This document shows positions 8,743-19,051 of a stretch of 64,000 bases of DNA, piece after piece. How positions within the stretch are numbered: position 1 is the stretch's first letter; the number at the start of each line of letters is the position of its first letter. The stretch covers positions 288,001 through 352,000 of the forward strand of contig CAVUWV010000036.1 in the NCBI GenBank assembly GCA_963745075.1, read 5' to 3'. The notes beneath the pieces were generated by a model that was not told the DNA's origin, did no database searches, and was given only the letters and a program-made list of their open reading frames with translations. This DNA is from Candidatus Hydrogenedentota bacterium. GTDB lineage: Bacteria; Hydrogenedentota; Hydrogenedentia; Hydrogenedentales; SLHB01. Made by a program: the position numbers and the translations under genes.

Positions 8743-10788
8743 ATGTTCTACTGCGTACTTGGATTCGCCCTTGTTACGGCTGCGGCCAGCCCCGACGCGC
8801 CCGCTGACTTCCCTTATCAGGCCTTCATCGACGGCACGAGCAACGCGCAGCCGCGCGAAGGCGCGGAGTATGCCGAGACGCTTGTCGCGCGAGGCGGTGA
8901 AGACGACATCGCGCGGGCCGTGCGCGTGCTGGACGCAGTTATTGCATGCCAGGAACAACGCGAGGGCGCGCGACACGAAGGGAATTTCGTGTGGTCCCAA
9001 CAGGACCAGGCCATTCGCGATCTCAACGCAGTCGAATTCGTCATGCGGCACATGATCCCCATGATGATCGACCACGGTGACCGCCTGCCGGAGGAAGCGC
9101 GCGACCGCGTCTTGCGATGCATCCAGCTCGCCGTCGACGAAATCCGCCGCATGGACGTTGCGGTAACGTACACCAACGTCGCGACCATGGACTGTCTAAA
9201 TTCGTGCCTGGGCGGCGAAGTATTAAACGATCCCGAAATCGCGCAACGCGGCTACGCCAAGCTCAAGGCGTTGGCGGACCTGACCTCCGCGAACGGGACG
9301 GTCTACGAGTTCTACAGCCCCGGCTACACAAAGGTAACCCTCGATGCGCTGCACCGGCTTGCCACGCGGGTCCGAGATGAGGCCACCGCCGTCCGCGCCC
9401 GTACAATGGCGGCGCGCCTCGCGTTGACCACGGCGCTGCACGTACAACGCACGACGGGATTGCTGACCGGTCCGTTCAGCCGCGCCTATTACAACCAACT
9501 CATCGGCACCGATGAACCCGAAACGCAGTATCTACGCGACGCGATAGAGGACGGGACCGTCCCCAAATGGATTGGCCGCATTCTCGATCGTGACGTGCCG
9601 CTGCCAATGCAAATCCGCGAGTCCAGCGTCGCGAATTGGGAGATGACCGCCACGAGTTACATGGCCCCCAATTTTTCGCTGGGCGTCGCCACGCGCGAAA
9701 TCAGCAGCCAGACCAGCGGCATGGTGATCCGGTACCCGATCCCGGGTTCCGCCCAACCCGGCACGGTGTTCTCCCGCTATCTTCTCAACGACGTCGACTT
9801 CGAACCCTCCAACGGCCCCAAGGACGACAACCCCGTCACGCGGCTGCGCAACGCCGGCAAATTCTGGGGCGTGCAATCGGGCCCGCGGGCGCTCTACCTG
9901 TGCGCGCCGCGCACGCTCGCGCATCCCCTCAGCTTCGCTCCGTGCAGCCGCGACGTGTGGCACAGTGCGAAAGAGGCTCTTATCTGGTCGCGGGCGGACA
10001 CGGTGGACGGCATCTGGGCGGGTAATCGCAAGATCGAGTCGTTGCCCGCTGATGTGAACCCCGGCGAAGCCGTTGTCGTCGCGAGTGGACCCATCTACGT
10101 GGGCGTTCTTCCACTCACGCGAACCGATCTCGGGTACGGCGCGCCGCTGCGTATCATGGAGTCGGAGGGTGAACTCGCGTTTCAGATGTACAACTACCTC
10201 GGCGGCGACAAGATTCACAACGATCTCGAACGCATGAGCCGGTTCTATCGCGGACAGCCCCAGTGCGGGTACTACCTCGAAGTCGCTGCGCGCTCGGAGT
10301 ATCCCGACGGCGCCGCTTTCGCCGCGACGATTGGCAGTGGCGATCTCACCGACGAGGCCGCCCCGGATTTCACGGTCTATCAGGAAGAGGCGGATCGGCC
10401 GTGGCAAGTCGAGTACCGTCGCGACGGGCACACGTTGGGCATCGAAATCGATCTGATGGACTGGACCCTGACGCGCCGGTGGACCGAGAACGGGGACTTG
10501 GGCTTCCCCATGTTGGACTCGCCCATCGTCCGGCAAAGCGATTCGGGCAGAGTGGAAGTCGCAGACGCGGTGTTGGAATGTCCTCCCGCTCCGGCATGGC
10601 TCTATGCGGATCCCGACCACGATTTCTACGTCGCGGGTTACAACGGCGACTCGGGCGCGATTGTGCTGACGCTTCCAAAGAACCGCGTGGAAATCGACCA
10701 TATGGGCACCGGGACCGTCGTGTATGATTCCGGCAAAGTGCGCGTCGATGCGCTCGGCAAGCCCGCTGCGCGCGTGTTTGAGAGGTAG
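8743..10788 (+). CDS. Secreted hypothetical protein (helical N-half, beta-rich C-half; possibly lyase/heparinase-like)
   Basis: AGAGAGG RBS before ATG 8743, signal peptide, long ORF with host-like codons. The fold is inferred. Confidence 0.65.
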   Translation: MFYCVLGFALVTAAASPDAPADFPYQAFIDGTSNAQPREGAEYAETLVARGGEDDIARAVRVLDAVIACQEQREGARHEGNFVWSQQDQAIRDLNAVEFVMRHMIPMMIDHGDRLPEEARDRVLRCIQLAVDEIRRMDVAVTYTNVATMDCLNSCLGGEVLNDPEIAQRGYAKLKALADLTSANGTVYEFYSPGYTKVTLDALHRLATRVRDEATAVRARTMAARLALTTALHVQRTTGLLTGPFSRAYYNQLIGTDEPETQYLRDAIEDGTVPKWIGRILDRDVPLPMQIRESSVANWEMTATSYMAPNFSLGVATREISSQTSGMVIRYPIPGSAQPGTVFSRYLLNDVDFEPSNGPKDDNPVTRLRNAGKFWGVQSGPRALYLCAPRTLAHPLSFAPCSRDVWHSAKEALIWSRADTVDGIWAGNRKIESLPADVNPGEAVVVASGPIYVGVLPLTRTDLGYGAPLRIMESEGELAFQMYNYLGGDKIHNDLERMSRFYRGQPQCGYYLEVAARSEYPDGAAFAATIGSGDLTDEAAPDFTVYQEEADRPWQVEYRRDGHTLGIEIDLMDWTLTRRWTENGDLGFPMLDSPIVRQSDSGRVEVADAVLECPPAPAWLYADPDHDFYVAGYNGDSGAIVLTLPKNRVEIDHMGTGTVVYDSGKVRVDALGKPAARVFER

Positions 10789-10908
10789 CAATCCAGTCTA
10801 ACCAATATCTCGCAGGAAACCTGGTACACTGTGTCGCAAGCAGACCATAAAGATACGCCTTCAGCTTGGCTAGGTGTTCGGTCCGCGTTGAGATCGTGAA
10901 ATAATGTT

Positions 10909-11078
10909 AAGAACATCCCCCTTGATCCCCCTTCAAAGGGGGAATTGCTCGCAACGCTTCGCGTTGCGTTACGGACTGGGATACTGGCGATCTTGTGTCA
11001 ACGCAAGCGGCCACACCGCTACGACGACCTGAGTTGGCACCATTCCCCCTTTGAAGGGGGATCAAGGGGGATGTTCTT
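10909..11078. repeat. Perfect 37-bp inverted repeat (REPIN/MITE-like)
   Basis: AAGAACATCCCCCTTGATCCCCCTTCAAAGGGGGAAT (10909-10945) and its exact reverse complement (11042-11078). Confidence 0.9.
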
Positions 11079-11214
11079 CTCTACCCGTCGATATCGGCGG
11101 TAGATTGACCATGACCGAACACTTCGGTTACTGCGAGACGTTGCGAGTCTTCCCCATTCGCGGCGCAGTGGCTGAACGTTAAGTTAACTTGATTGGACCA
11201 ACAGGAGATAACCC

Positions 11215-12523
11215 ATGCGACGACTGATCCCATTTGCAGCGCTGGCGCCGTTGGCGGTGCTTCTATTCTGCATTTTGATTCCCGCTCGTGCCGACAGCGT
11301 TCTGGAAGAGGGCAACGGCAAACAGTGGTACAAAGGCGTGACGCACTTCCACACCCTCTGGAGCGATGGGGACTGCGCACCGGAAACGGCGGTCACATGG
11401 TACCAATCCCACGGGTACGACTTCATTTGCATCAGCGATCACAACATCTTGCAGACCGGCGAAAATTGGATCCCCATCGACGACGCCAAGGACAAACGCT
11501 TGCCCAGGGAAAAAGTCGACGCGCTTCGCAAGGAATTCGGCGACGACTGGGTTGTTGTCGAGGGGCGGGACGGCAAACCCATGATGCGGTTGAAAACGTT
11601 GTCGGAGTTGTGCGACCGGTTTCAGCAACCCGGCAAGTTTCTGATCGTCCCGGGCGAAGAAGTGACCGCGCAAAAGGCCGTGCATATCAACGCCGTCAAC
11701 ACGCGGGCCGTGATTCCACCGCAAGGCGGCGACACGGTCACGGAGACGTTGCAACACAATCTCGACGCCATCGAAGCGCACGGCCACGAACACAACGTGC
11801 CGATTCTGGCGCATATCAACCATCCCAACTTCAGCTCGACGATCACCGCGGAGGAAATCGTCGAGGTCGGCGGCGAACGCGTCTTCGAGATCTACAACGG
11901 CCACGGCAGTGTCCGGAACTGGGGCGACCCGTCGAAACACATTGCATCCACGGATCGTATCTGGGACATCGTGCTGTCCCTGCGGCTGGGTCGCGACGGC
12001 GACACCACCAAAGCCCCTGTACGGCGTGGCCACGGACGACGCCCACAGTTGGTTCTACGAGGGGCCGGGCCAGTCCATCCCCGGGCGCGGCTGGATCATG
12101 GTGTTGGCCGACGACCTGTCGGCGGACTCGTTGATCGAGGCGGTGAAACAAGGATCCTCGTACTCGACATCGGGCGTCACACTTAACGCGATTCGCGCGG
12201 CGAACGGCCAGTTCACCATCGACATCATGCCTGAACCGGGGGTCACGTATACGACGCAGTTCATCGGAACGCGAAAAGGTGCGGACCTGCACGGTGAACC
12301 CGTGAAAGATGAAAACGGAAACGTGATTCGCGCGACGCACATCTACAGCGACGAAATCGGCGAGGTGTTGCTCGAGACGACCAAGACGCCCGCGGTCTAC
12401 ACCCTCACCGGGGAGGAGATGTACGTGCGCGCCAAGATCGTCTCGTCGAAACTGAAGAACAACCCGTTCCGGAAAGGCGACTACGAAACCGCCTGGACCC
12501 AACCGGTGGTCATGGCCGAGTAG
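11215..12523 (+). CDS. Secreted PHP-domain metallohydrolase (CehA/McbA-like), frameshift near 12010
   Basis: WYKGVTHFHTLWSDG, ISDHN, GEEVT, HINHPN and FEIYNG in ORF 11215. LYGVATDDAH and AWTQPV continue in the 11909-12523 frame. Confidence 0.8.
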
Positions 12524-12536
12524 GCCAAGACGGTGA

Positions 12537-12723
12537 CCGCAGATTGCGCAGATGTCCGCAGATAGTACGAAGATGGATTCCCGCGTGCGCGGGAATGACG
12601 TGTATGGTGCTACGGCGACGACGACATGCAGAGACGTGTTTCCCCCTGTGCCGAAGGATGTCTATGAGCAAAATCGATCCGAATACGCCTTCTCCCATCT
12701 GCGCCCATCTGCGTAATCTGCGG
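12537..12723. repeat. CGCAGAT-type inverted repeat enclosing a dRS3-like palindrome
   Basis: 12537-12563 matches the reverse complement of 12697-12723 at 24/27. ATTCCC-N8-GGGAAT lies at 12577-12596. Confidence 0.75.
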
Positions 12724-12737
12724 ACGAGTTGCTCCCG

Positions 12738-13214
12738 ATGATTCGCCGCGTCCGGGAAGGCGACTACGCGCGTCTTGTGGAAGTTTACACCCAAGCCGTG
12801 CGCGTGACTGCGACGGAATTGTACTCGCCCGAACAGATCGCGGCGTGGTCATCGTTCCCACTGAAGGAAGCCAAATTCCGGGAGTTTATCTTCGGCCCGG
12901 AGACCTACATCGTCGAGAACGACGGACTACCCGTTGTCTTCTGCGGCCTCCGCGACGACGGTCACATCGCCTCCCTGTACGTTCACCCCGACCACAATCG
13001 AGAGGGCCACGGGTCCCGCCTTCTACGTCACGTCCTCGACGCGGGGGAACGCAAAGGCATCCGCCGCTTCTATACCGAGGCCAGCTTTCTTTCGAAGGCC
13101 GTCTTCGAACGTCACGGGTTCACCGTCGACAACATCGAAGAAGTCGACTACGACGGCGTCGTGTTCAAGCGATTCAAGATGAGCCGGTCAATCGCTAAAG
13201 ATACGTCAAGATAA
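12738..13214 (+). CDS. GNAT family N-acetyltransferase
   Basis: HIASLYVHPDHNREGHGSRLL acetyl-CoA motif A; EASFLSKAVFERHGF motif B. Confidence 0.88.
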   Translation: MIRRVREGDYARLVEVYTQAVRVTATELYSPEQIAAWSSFPLKEAKFREFIFGPETYIVENDGLPVVFCGLRDDGHIASLYVHPDHNREGHGSRLLRHVLDAGERKGIRRFYTEASFLSKAVFERHGFTVDNIEEVDYDGVVFKRFKMSRSIAKDTSR

Positions 13215-16200
13215 TGGGAAACTCAGTGTGCCCGAATGTCAAGCATCGCCGTCCGGCGAAGATTCGACAGCTTTCGCCGCATCGAAGGCTTCCGTTCCTT
13301 CCGTCACGACGGGCAAACACCAAGTAGCACTGCGAGCGGGATTTAGGAAACGTGATTGCCGTCCACTGGCCGAACGTCACGGGATATTTCATAAAAGCTG
13401 TGCCTTGCCCGTTCGCTTCCCTCGAGTTCTTGACTTGCCAGAGCACTTCGAGCAACGGACCGGACGAACCCCGCTCAAGACCCGGCAGTATTACCACGGA
13501 CTCATTCTTGAGAGCGCCCTGTTCCTTATTCGGTTGTGGTATTGACGTGTCGATTTCCGGAAGATCCGGTTTGAACACCTCGCGCCGAAAATCGGGCGCG
13601 TGTCCAAGATATCCACGCAAGTCGAAACCAGGAAGCGTAATCCCACCGGGTGTGATCAGCGCATACTTCGCCGCTGACCCATACGTCATGCGCGTAAGGC
13701 GGCTCCCCAGATCGTCTGCGTCTACATCGCGCAATGCATTATGAGGACTGACAATCGAGTCGGGAACGACGAAGACGCGCGGTTCGCCGAAGAGTACCTC
13801 TACCCCCGGTGCTAATTCGGACCAGTCCTGGGTGACCCGCTCCATCTCCCGCCGTGGAAGTTCGTACGACTGGAATTCTACCGAGAATAGATCCCACGTC
13901 GTGTTGAGAACTTCCGTAACTGTCGTGGCTTGCGGAACTCCCGCATTCGCGCTGGATGTCTTCTGCGTCGCCGCATTGAGCAGGAGTTTCTCTAAATCGT
14001 CGAGATGAGACGGTGCGCTGGTTATGACGAGAGCGGATTTCTTTTCGTCCACGGCAACGCGCGATATCGCCTTGCCGGTATCAGGCTCCGCGACGCGCAC
14101 CATGCGCCAGATCGTCGCGAGGAAGGCCTCGCGCGAAGCGGCGTCCCCATTCAGACCGGGGATCCGATCCAGAGGATAGGTGCGCGTCTCGAGTTCTTCA
14201 AAGGATTCCGTCGCGATACGATCGGGTGTGCTGATCCAGATGAAGCCCGGTTGAACGGCAAAGGTCAGGCCCAACGGTTCGAGGATTTCGCGGAGCACGT
14301 TGAGAAGCGGTTTGTCGTTGAACTTCCCGGGCTGTACCATCCACGCGGTCGGGTCCGAGTTGGTTCCGTTGTCGGGACTGACGGCCCTCCGGTCGATTAC
14401 GATGTTAACGTCGCCCGAGTCAACCAGTTTCGCGACCGCCTCCATGAGCGTCGTTCCTTTGCGGAAGGAGATGGACACCCTCACGTTATCGAGCTTCGAC
14501 CGTGTTTCCGCGTCCGATGGGGGGTTCTCGGAGTGTAAGCGATCCGGCGTCGAGACGTAGATCGTGTCGCCGCGGACCTCGTACACGAGGCCGAGCGGGC
14601 GGAGCATCGCCTTGAGCGCATCCTTCAACGGGACGTGCTCCAGCTTCACATACGGCACCACGCCATCCGTTACGTACGTCGCATCTTGCCTGTTGGCGCT
14701 TCCCTTCGGAGCAACCGCCTTGTTGTCGATCTCGATGGGTACTCCGGCATAAGACGCTATGAACGCTGCGATGGCGGCGATGTGCTCGCCCTCAAACTCG
14801 ATGGAAACCGGCGCTTCCAGCTTTTGCAGAACCTCAGGATTCGGGGGCGGGGGAGCAGCTTGCGCGTCGGGAGACTCTTCCGCGCTAGGAGCGCCGTTCT
14901 CGGTCCGAACCAAAACGTTGGGATCGGGTTGTTCTTTGTTATCCCCTGGGGGCGAGTCGTCGGCGCGGTCAATTACTTCGTCGCGCGACGTAGTGTCTTC
15001 ATCGACGACATTCTGATTACTGACGTCCATCGAGACCACATCGGGATCGACCGAGGCCGTAGTCCCGTCTTGGACGTTGGGATCAAGCTGTTCTTCCGGC
15101 GATGGTTCCGCGTCAACATTCGCCGCAACCGGTTCAATGCGGATTTGATCCTCGGTGATTGTGCCGCGAATATCGTAGGGTGGCCCGAAAGAGTCCTCGG
15201 CATCATCCGCAGCGACCGGGCGAATCGTATTCGCAGGCAATGTGGCGGACTCGTCTTCCGCCACGACGTCCGGCGCTGCCGGTTCTTCCGGAGCCTTCTC
15301 CGTCGATGCACTCGTCAGCGCCACGGCGCTCAACACCGCGATCAACGCGACAGCCAGGATCGACCATCGGTACGAACCCGGCTTGAACCCCGCGATGCCG
15401 CGGATGCGTTTTTTCAGGTGCGAGCGGCGTTCGAGCACGCCGACGAGGCCGGGCAAGGGACGCGGCCGCGCGACGTGTTCGAGCAGGCGCAGGAGCGTGC
15501 GGCCATAGGAAGTAGGTCTCGTCCGGGGCGATGTAGCTCATGGCGAGCGCGTCGCAGGCGAGTTCGCGGTCGGCCCGCATGCGATGGAAGGCGTACCACA
15601 GCGCCGGGTTGAACCAGTGCACGATGTTGCACGCAACCATCAGCCAGTTCACGAGCAAGTCGCCGCGCCGGTAGTGGGCGAGTTCGTGGAGGAACACGTG
15701 ACGCAATTCTACGGTGGAAAGGTCGCGTTCCATGGATTCGGGCAGCAGCAGCCGCGGACGGATCAACCCCAGCAAGGCCGGCGTGGCCACGTGCCGCGTC
15801 CGCACCAGCCGCACCGGCGTGCGAACGCCCATGACCCGCCGGCAATCCGCGAATTCGGCTGCCGCAGGACCGTCGTCGATTGCCGGTTCCCGGCGCACGC
15901 GCCACCACAACGAACCATTTGCCACGCAGACGTAAAGCAGCAAGGCCCCAGCAACGCCCAGCCATATCAGGCGCAGCCAGTCCGTCCACGTGAGGGGCGG
16001 GAGGGATGGCGGAGACGCCGACTCTTCAGCGTCGATGAACAGCGGGGAGACCGTTCCCGGATCCAGCGGCATGACTTCAAAGGACGGGGTCACAGTCAGC
16101 AGTTGCATGGGTGCTGCCTGCTCCGTGCGAACAAAGTTAAACACGCTGGTCGGACTCTCCGGCGTCCAGGGCAGGAACAGCCTCACCAGCACGAGCAGCC

Positions 16201-16345
16201 ACAACGCGTACTGCCAGCGCGGCGCCAGCCGTTTGCGCAAGAGTCGCTGCAGGACCAGGATGAAAGCAACCAGCACCGTCGCCTGCAAGGTCGTTTGAAT
16301 GACGCCGTCAAAAGCGGTCGCAAGCCCGTCCAGAAACGCGGCCAT
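13195..16345 (-). CDS. BlaR1/M56-family membrane metallopeptidase with secretin-N/STN-like extracytoplasmic repeats (frameshift near 15510)
   Basis: YALWLLVLVRL, TPALLGLIRPRLLLP, HVFLHELAH (HExxH), HWFNPALW and RELACD. Removing 1 nt near 15510 gives SYGRTLLRLLE...HLKKRI and joins ORF 13195-15456. Confidence 0.85.
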
Positions 16346-16347
16346 GA

Positions 16348-16722
16348 CTAGTCCCTCCGCTCGTCGAGTATGGACCTCAGCTCCGCGATTTCTTTGGCGC
16401 TCAACTTCTCTTCTTCGAGGAAATGGGCCAGCATGGGGGTCAACGCGCCACCGAACACGCGCTTGAGAAAGGTACGGCTTGCCGCGCGCACGCACGCGCT
16501 CTCGCTCACCGCCGGCCGGTAGTGGTAGACGCGCCCCTGTTGCGTGAATTTTAATGCGCCCTTCTTCACGAGACGGTTCAGCAGCGTTTTGATGGTGCGC
16601 GGACTCCACGTCGTCGACTCCGCCAGCGCCGCGCATACCTCGTTCGCCGTCTGCGGCGCCTCGGCCCACAACACGCGCATGACTTCCCACTCCGCCTCGG
16701 AAATCTGGGGAACCTTGGCCAT
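16348..16722 (-). CDS. BlaI/MecI/CopY family repressor
   Basis: ISEAEWEVMRVLW, WSPRTIKTLLNRLVKKG and FLKRVFGG motifs; AGGGAG RBS; directly upstream of the M56 gene. Confidence 0.93.
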   Translation of the reverse strand: MAKVPQISEAEWEVMRVLWAEAPQTANEVCAALAESTTWSPRTIKTLLNRLVKKGALKFTQQGRVYHYRPAVSESACVRAASRTFLKRVFGGALTPMLAHFLEEEKLSAKEIAELRSILDERRD

Positions 16723-16737
16723 GACCGCCCTCCCTTG

Positions 16738-16784
16738 ATTACAAGTGTAATTCAAAGAATATTACATTTGTAATCAAAAGTCAA
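16738..16784 (-). promoter_or_regulatory. Sigma70 promoter overlapped by two BlaI/CopY operators
   Basis: ATTACA-AG-TGTAAT (16738-16751) and ATTACA-TT-TGTAAT (16761-16774) match TACAnnTGTA. Minus-strand TTGACT-N17-TATTCT. Confidence 0.85.
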
Positions 16785-16941
16785 GGGGGGGGATTTGCTG
16801 GAGGGCTTGTTTCGCACTTTCAGCGCTTATGCCGGGAGCAAACTAGCCAATGCGTGGCCGGTTTTTTTTTTTATACTTACTTGGACCGAGTTTGGTCTTC
16901 TTTTCTTTTTCCCTCCAAAAAAAAAAAAAAAAAAAAAAAAA
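16785..16941. other. Junction between two genomes (chimeric join or concatenated contigs)
   Basis: G8, T11 and A25 homopolymers; abrupt switch in GC content, codon usage and promoter type; the adjacent ORF degenerates into poly-Phe. Confidence 0.88.
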
Positions 16942-19041
16942 CGAACACTGATCCAGCCCGGAAACCGACAGGGTAATCTCTGGATGCAACTCATAATTCA
17001 AGCTAAGCTGACCGTCCTTGGCAATATTTTTTTTCAGATCAACAACAAAATGAGGAATAAATATTCCTTTCCAGGCCGGATCGTTGCTTACTTTATCAGG
17101 AGTTCTATTTTCCGAAAAATCAACCACATATTCCAACGGCTTTAGCTGAATACCGCTGTTAGATATGAGTTCAATATTTTCAGGTATCCTGACATTCTGC
17201 TGGGAAAAATAAAAAAGATTATCTGCATTCCGGAAAGGCAGCGACATCCTTTGCTTTTCGCTGTTCCTGATCCTGTCCGGCAACATAATATTTCCAAATA
17301 ACCTGAGCTGGTATTTATTATCAGAAATCAGGAAATTTGAAAGACTATCGAATAAAAGGCGATAGCCAGCCGGATCAATCAAATCAAACTTATTTTTACT
17401 GCCAAGTGAAATGCTTCCCAGTAGTTTATACGTATCGAAATTAATCCATTGAGATTCCGTAACCACTTGTTCGAGTGCTGGTGAGGCAGTAGCAAGAGGA
17501 AAGTTCCATTTCACTGATCCTTTAATAGCCAGTTCAGACTTGTTAAGACGTATCGCCGAAGCAAAAAAGGAAGCATTCCCGTTATCAGGCAGTTCAGGGG
17601 TGAGTTCGACCGGTGTAAATCCGGACAGGTCTGCATACAGGTTTCCCCTCCTCAATACATACTCCCCTCCTGCATTCTCTATCTGCAAGCTGTCAAATCT
17701 AAACTCCACCTGTTTCCCTGATTCAGAAATTGCTGTTGTACCTTTTCCCGAAAGGCTGTTCAGGTTCTTATTAAAAGTTTTGGTTACCTGCACCTTATGA
17801 TTGCCGGCCCAGAACCACTCAATCAGGGGCGGTCCGGTAAATGTATACACCATACTTTTTGCCACTGCCTGGCTACCCGTAAAAGCTGTGACCTGCCAGG
17901 CATAATTCTGCAGGGTTTCCAGCTTCTGATCAAGCATTACATCACCTCCATAACGAGCTGGCAATTGCCCGGTTGTTGTTTCATACCAGGCCGGATTACT
18001 CAATATTGCAGAGGAGGAATCCTGCCCTTCATTAATTTTTACGATCTTCAGATGATAACTGACCTGTTGCCCCGTTTTTGCGTTATCCGGTCCCTGCCAC
18101 TGAAAACGCCTGAACTCATTTTTTGTGAAACTTTTGCCACTAAAAGGAGAGATCACCGCGATATTCCCTCCGCCCGGATATCCATAATAAAACCACCGCG
18201 CCTGACTGTATCCGTTATTCTTAAAATTATCTTTGCCGACAGCATCCCGTGCCTGCACCCTGTAAACATACTTTTGTCCGGGTTCAAGCGCGGTTTGCGC
18301 CGTCCCATACACCAGGGATGTTTGTGGCACATAACTTGATTGCCATATCTTTTCTACCACCCGGTTATCAATTGCATTTTCAGGATTCACATCCGGATCA
18401 AGGATTTTATACAAACTCAGCTGGTATTCCACACTTCCGGGATTGGATGCCGGAGTAGTCAGTTGCCATTGAAAGGGAATATTTACAGGCCCTGAGAGTC
18501 CAATCACCTGACCGTTTGAAGGAGCCTGTATCATTGGTACATCATTTAACTGCAACATGGCTCCCGCACATGATTTACCCGACAATAAACGGTTTGAATT
18601 ATAATCATATACCTCAACACAAAAGGTATAGTATCCTTCAGGAAGTTTGCCGTTTTTCTGTAAATCGGCCATGGATATCCCTGAAACATTGATATTGTTG
18701 TAATTCAGAAAGGGTGCAAGATCACTTCCGGATAACCGCAGGGGAGAGCCGGGAATAAGGGTGACCGGAACAGCCGGACGAAAGTTCTCTTTGGTGGAAA
18801 TGCTAATCTGACTGCTTTCGATAGTGATTCTGAGTCTTACATTCCATGATGTTTCATTCATATCATTAAAAACAAGGGTGGCCACAAGTTTATCGGACCA
18901 TGTGGAAATATAATCATCCAGAAAAGAGGAATAAGGCGGTGTTAACAGGGTATTTACCGTAACCGGGGAGGCTACCTGAGCTTTTACAGACAGTGTGCTG
19001 AGGATGATAAAGAGTAAACCCTGAAAAATTTTGTTTTTCAT
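16942..19041 (-). CDS. Large secreted TANFOR-type/FN3-like protein, 3'-truncated at the junction
   Basis: Signal peptide, then PVTVNTLLTPPYSSFLDDY...LPEGYYTFCVEVYD (TANFOR-like), then two FN3-like modules (FQWQ...YQL...LEPGQKYVYRVQA). Confidence 0.7.
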
Positions 19042-19051
19042 ATTTCCATCG

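Noticed and set aside
13195..16722. Beta-lactam resistance locus
   Set aside because: No penicillin-binding sensor domain or beta-lactamase is visible.
16785..16941. Genomic-island boundary or retro-element poly(A) tail
   Set aside because: No att site, integrase, RT or target duplication; the pattern fits a low-quality read or contig end.
16795..17145. 116-aa ORF with a poly-Lys tract
   Set aside because: It spans the junction; the poly-K is just the A25 run.
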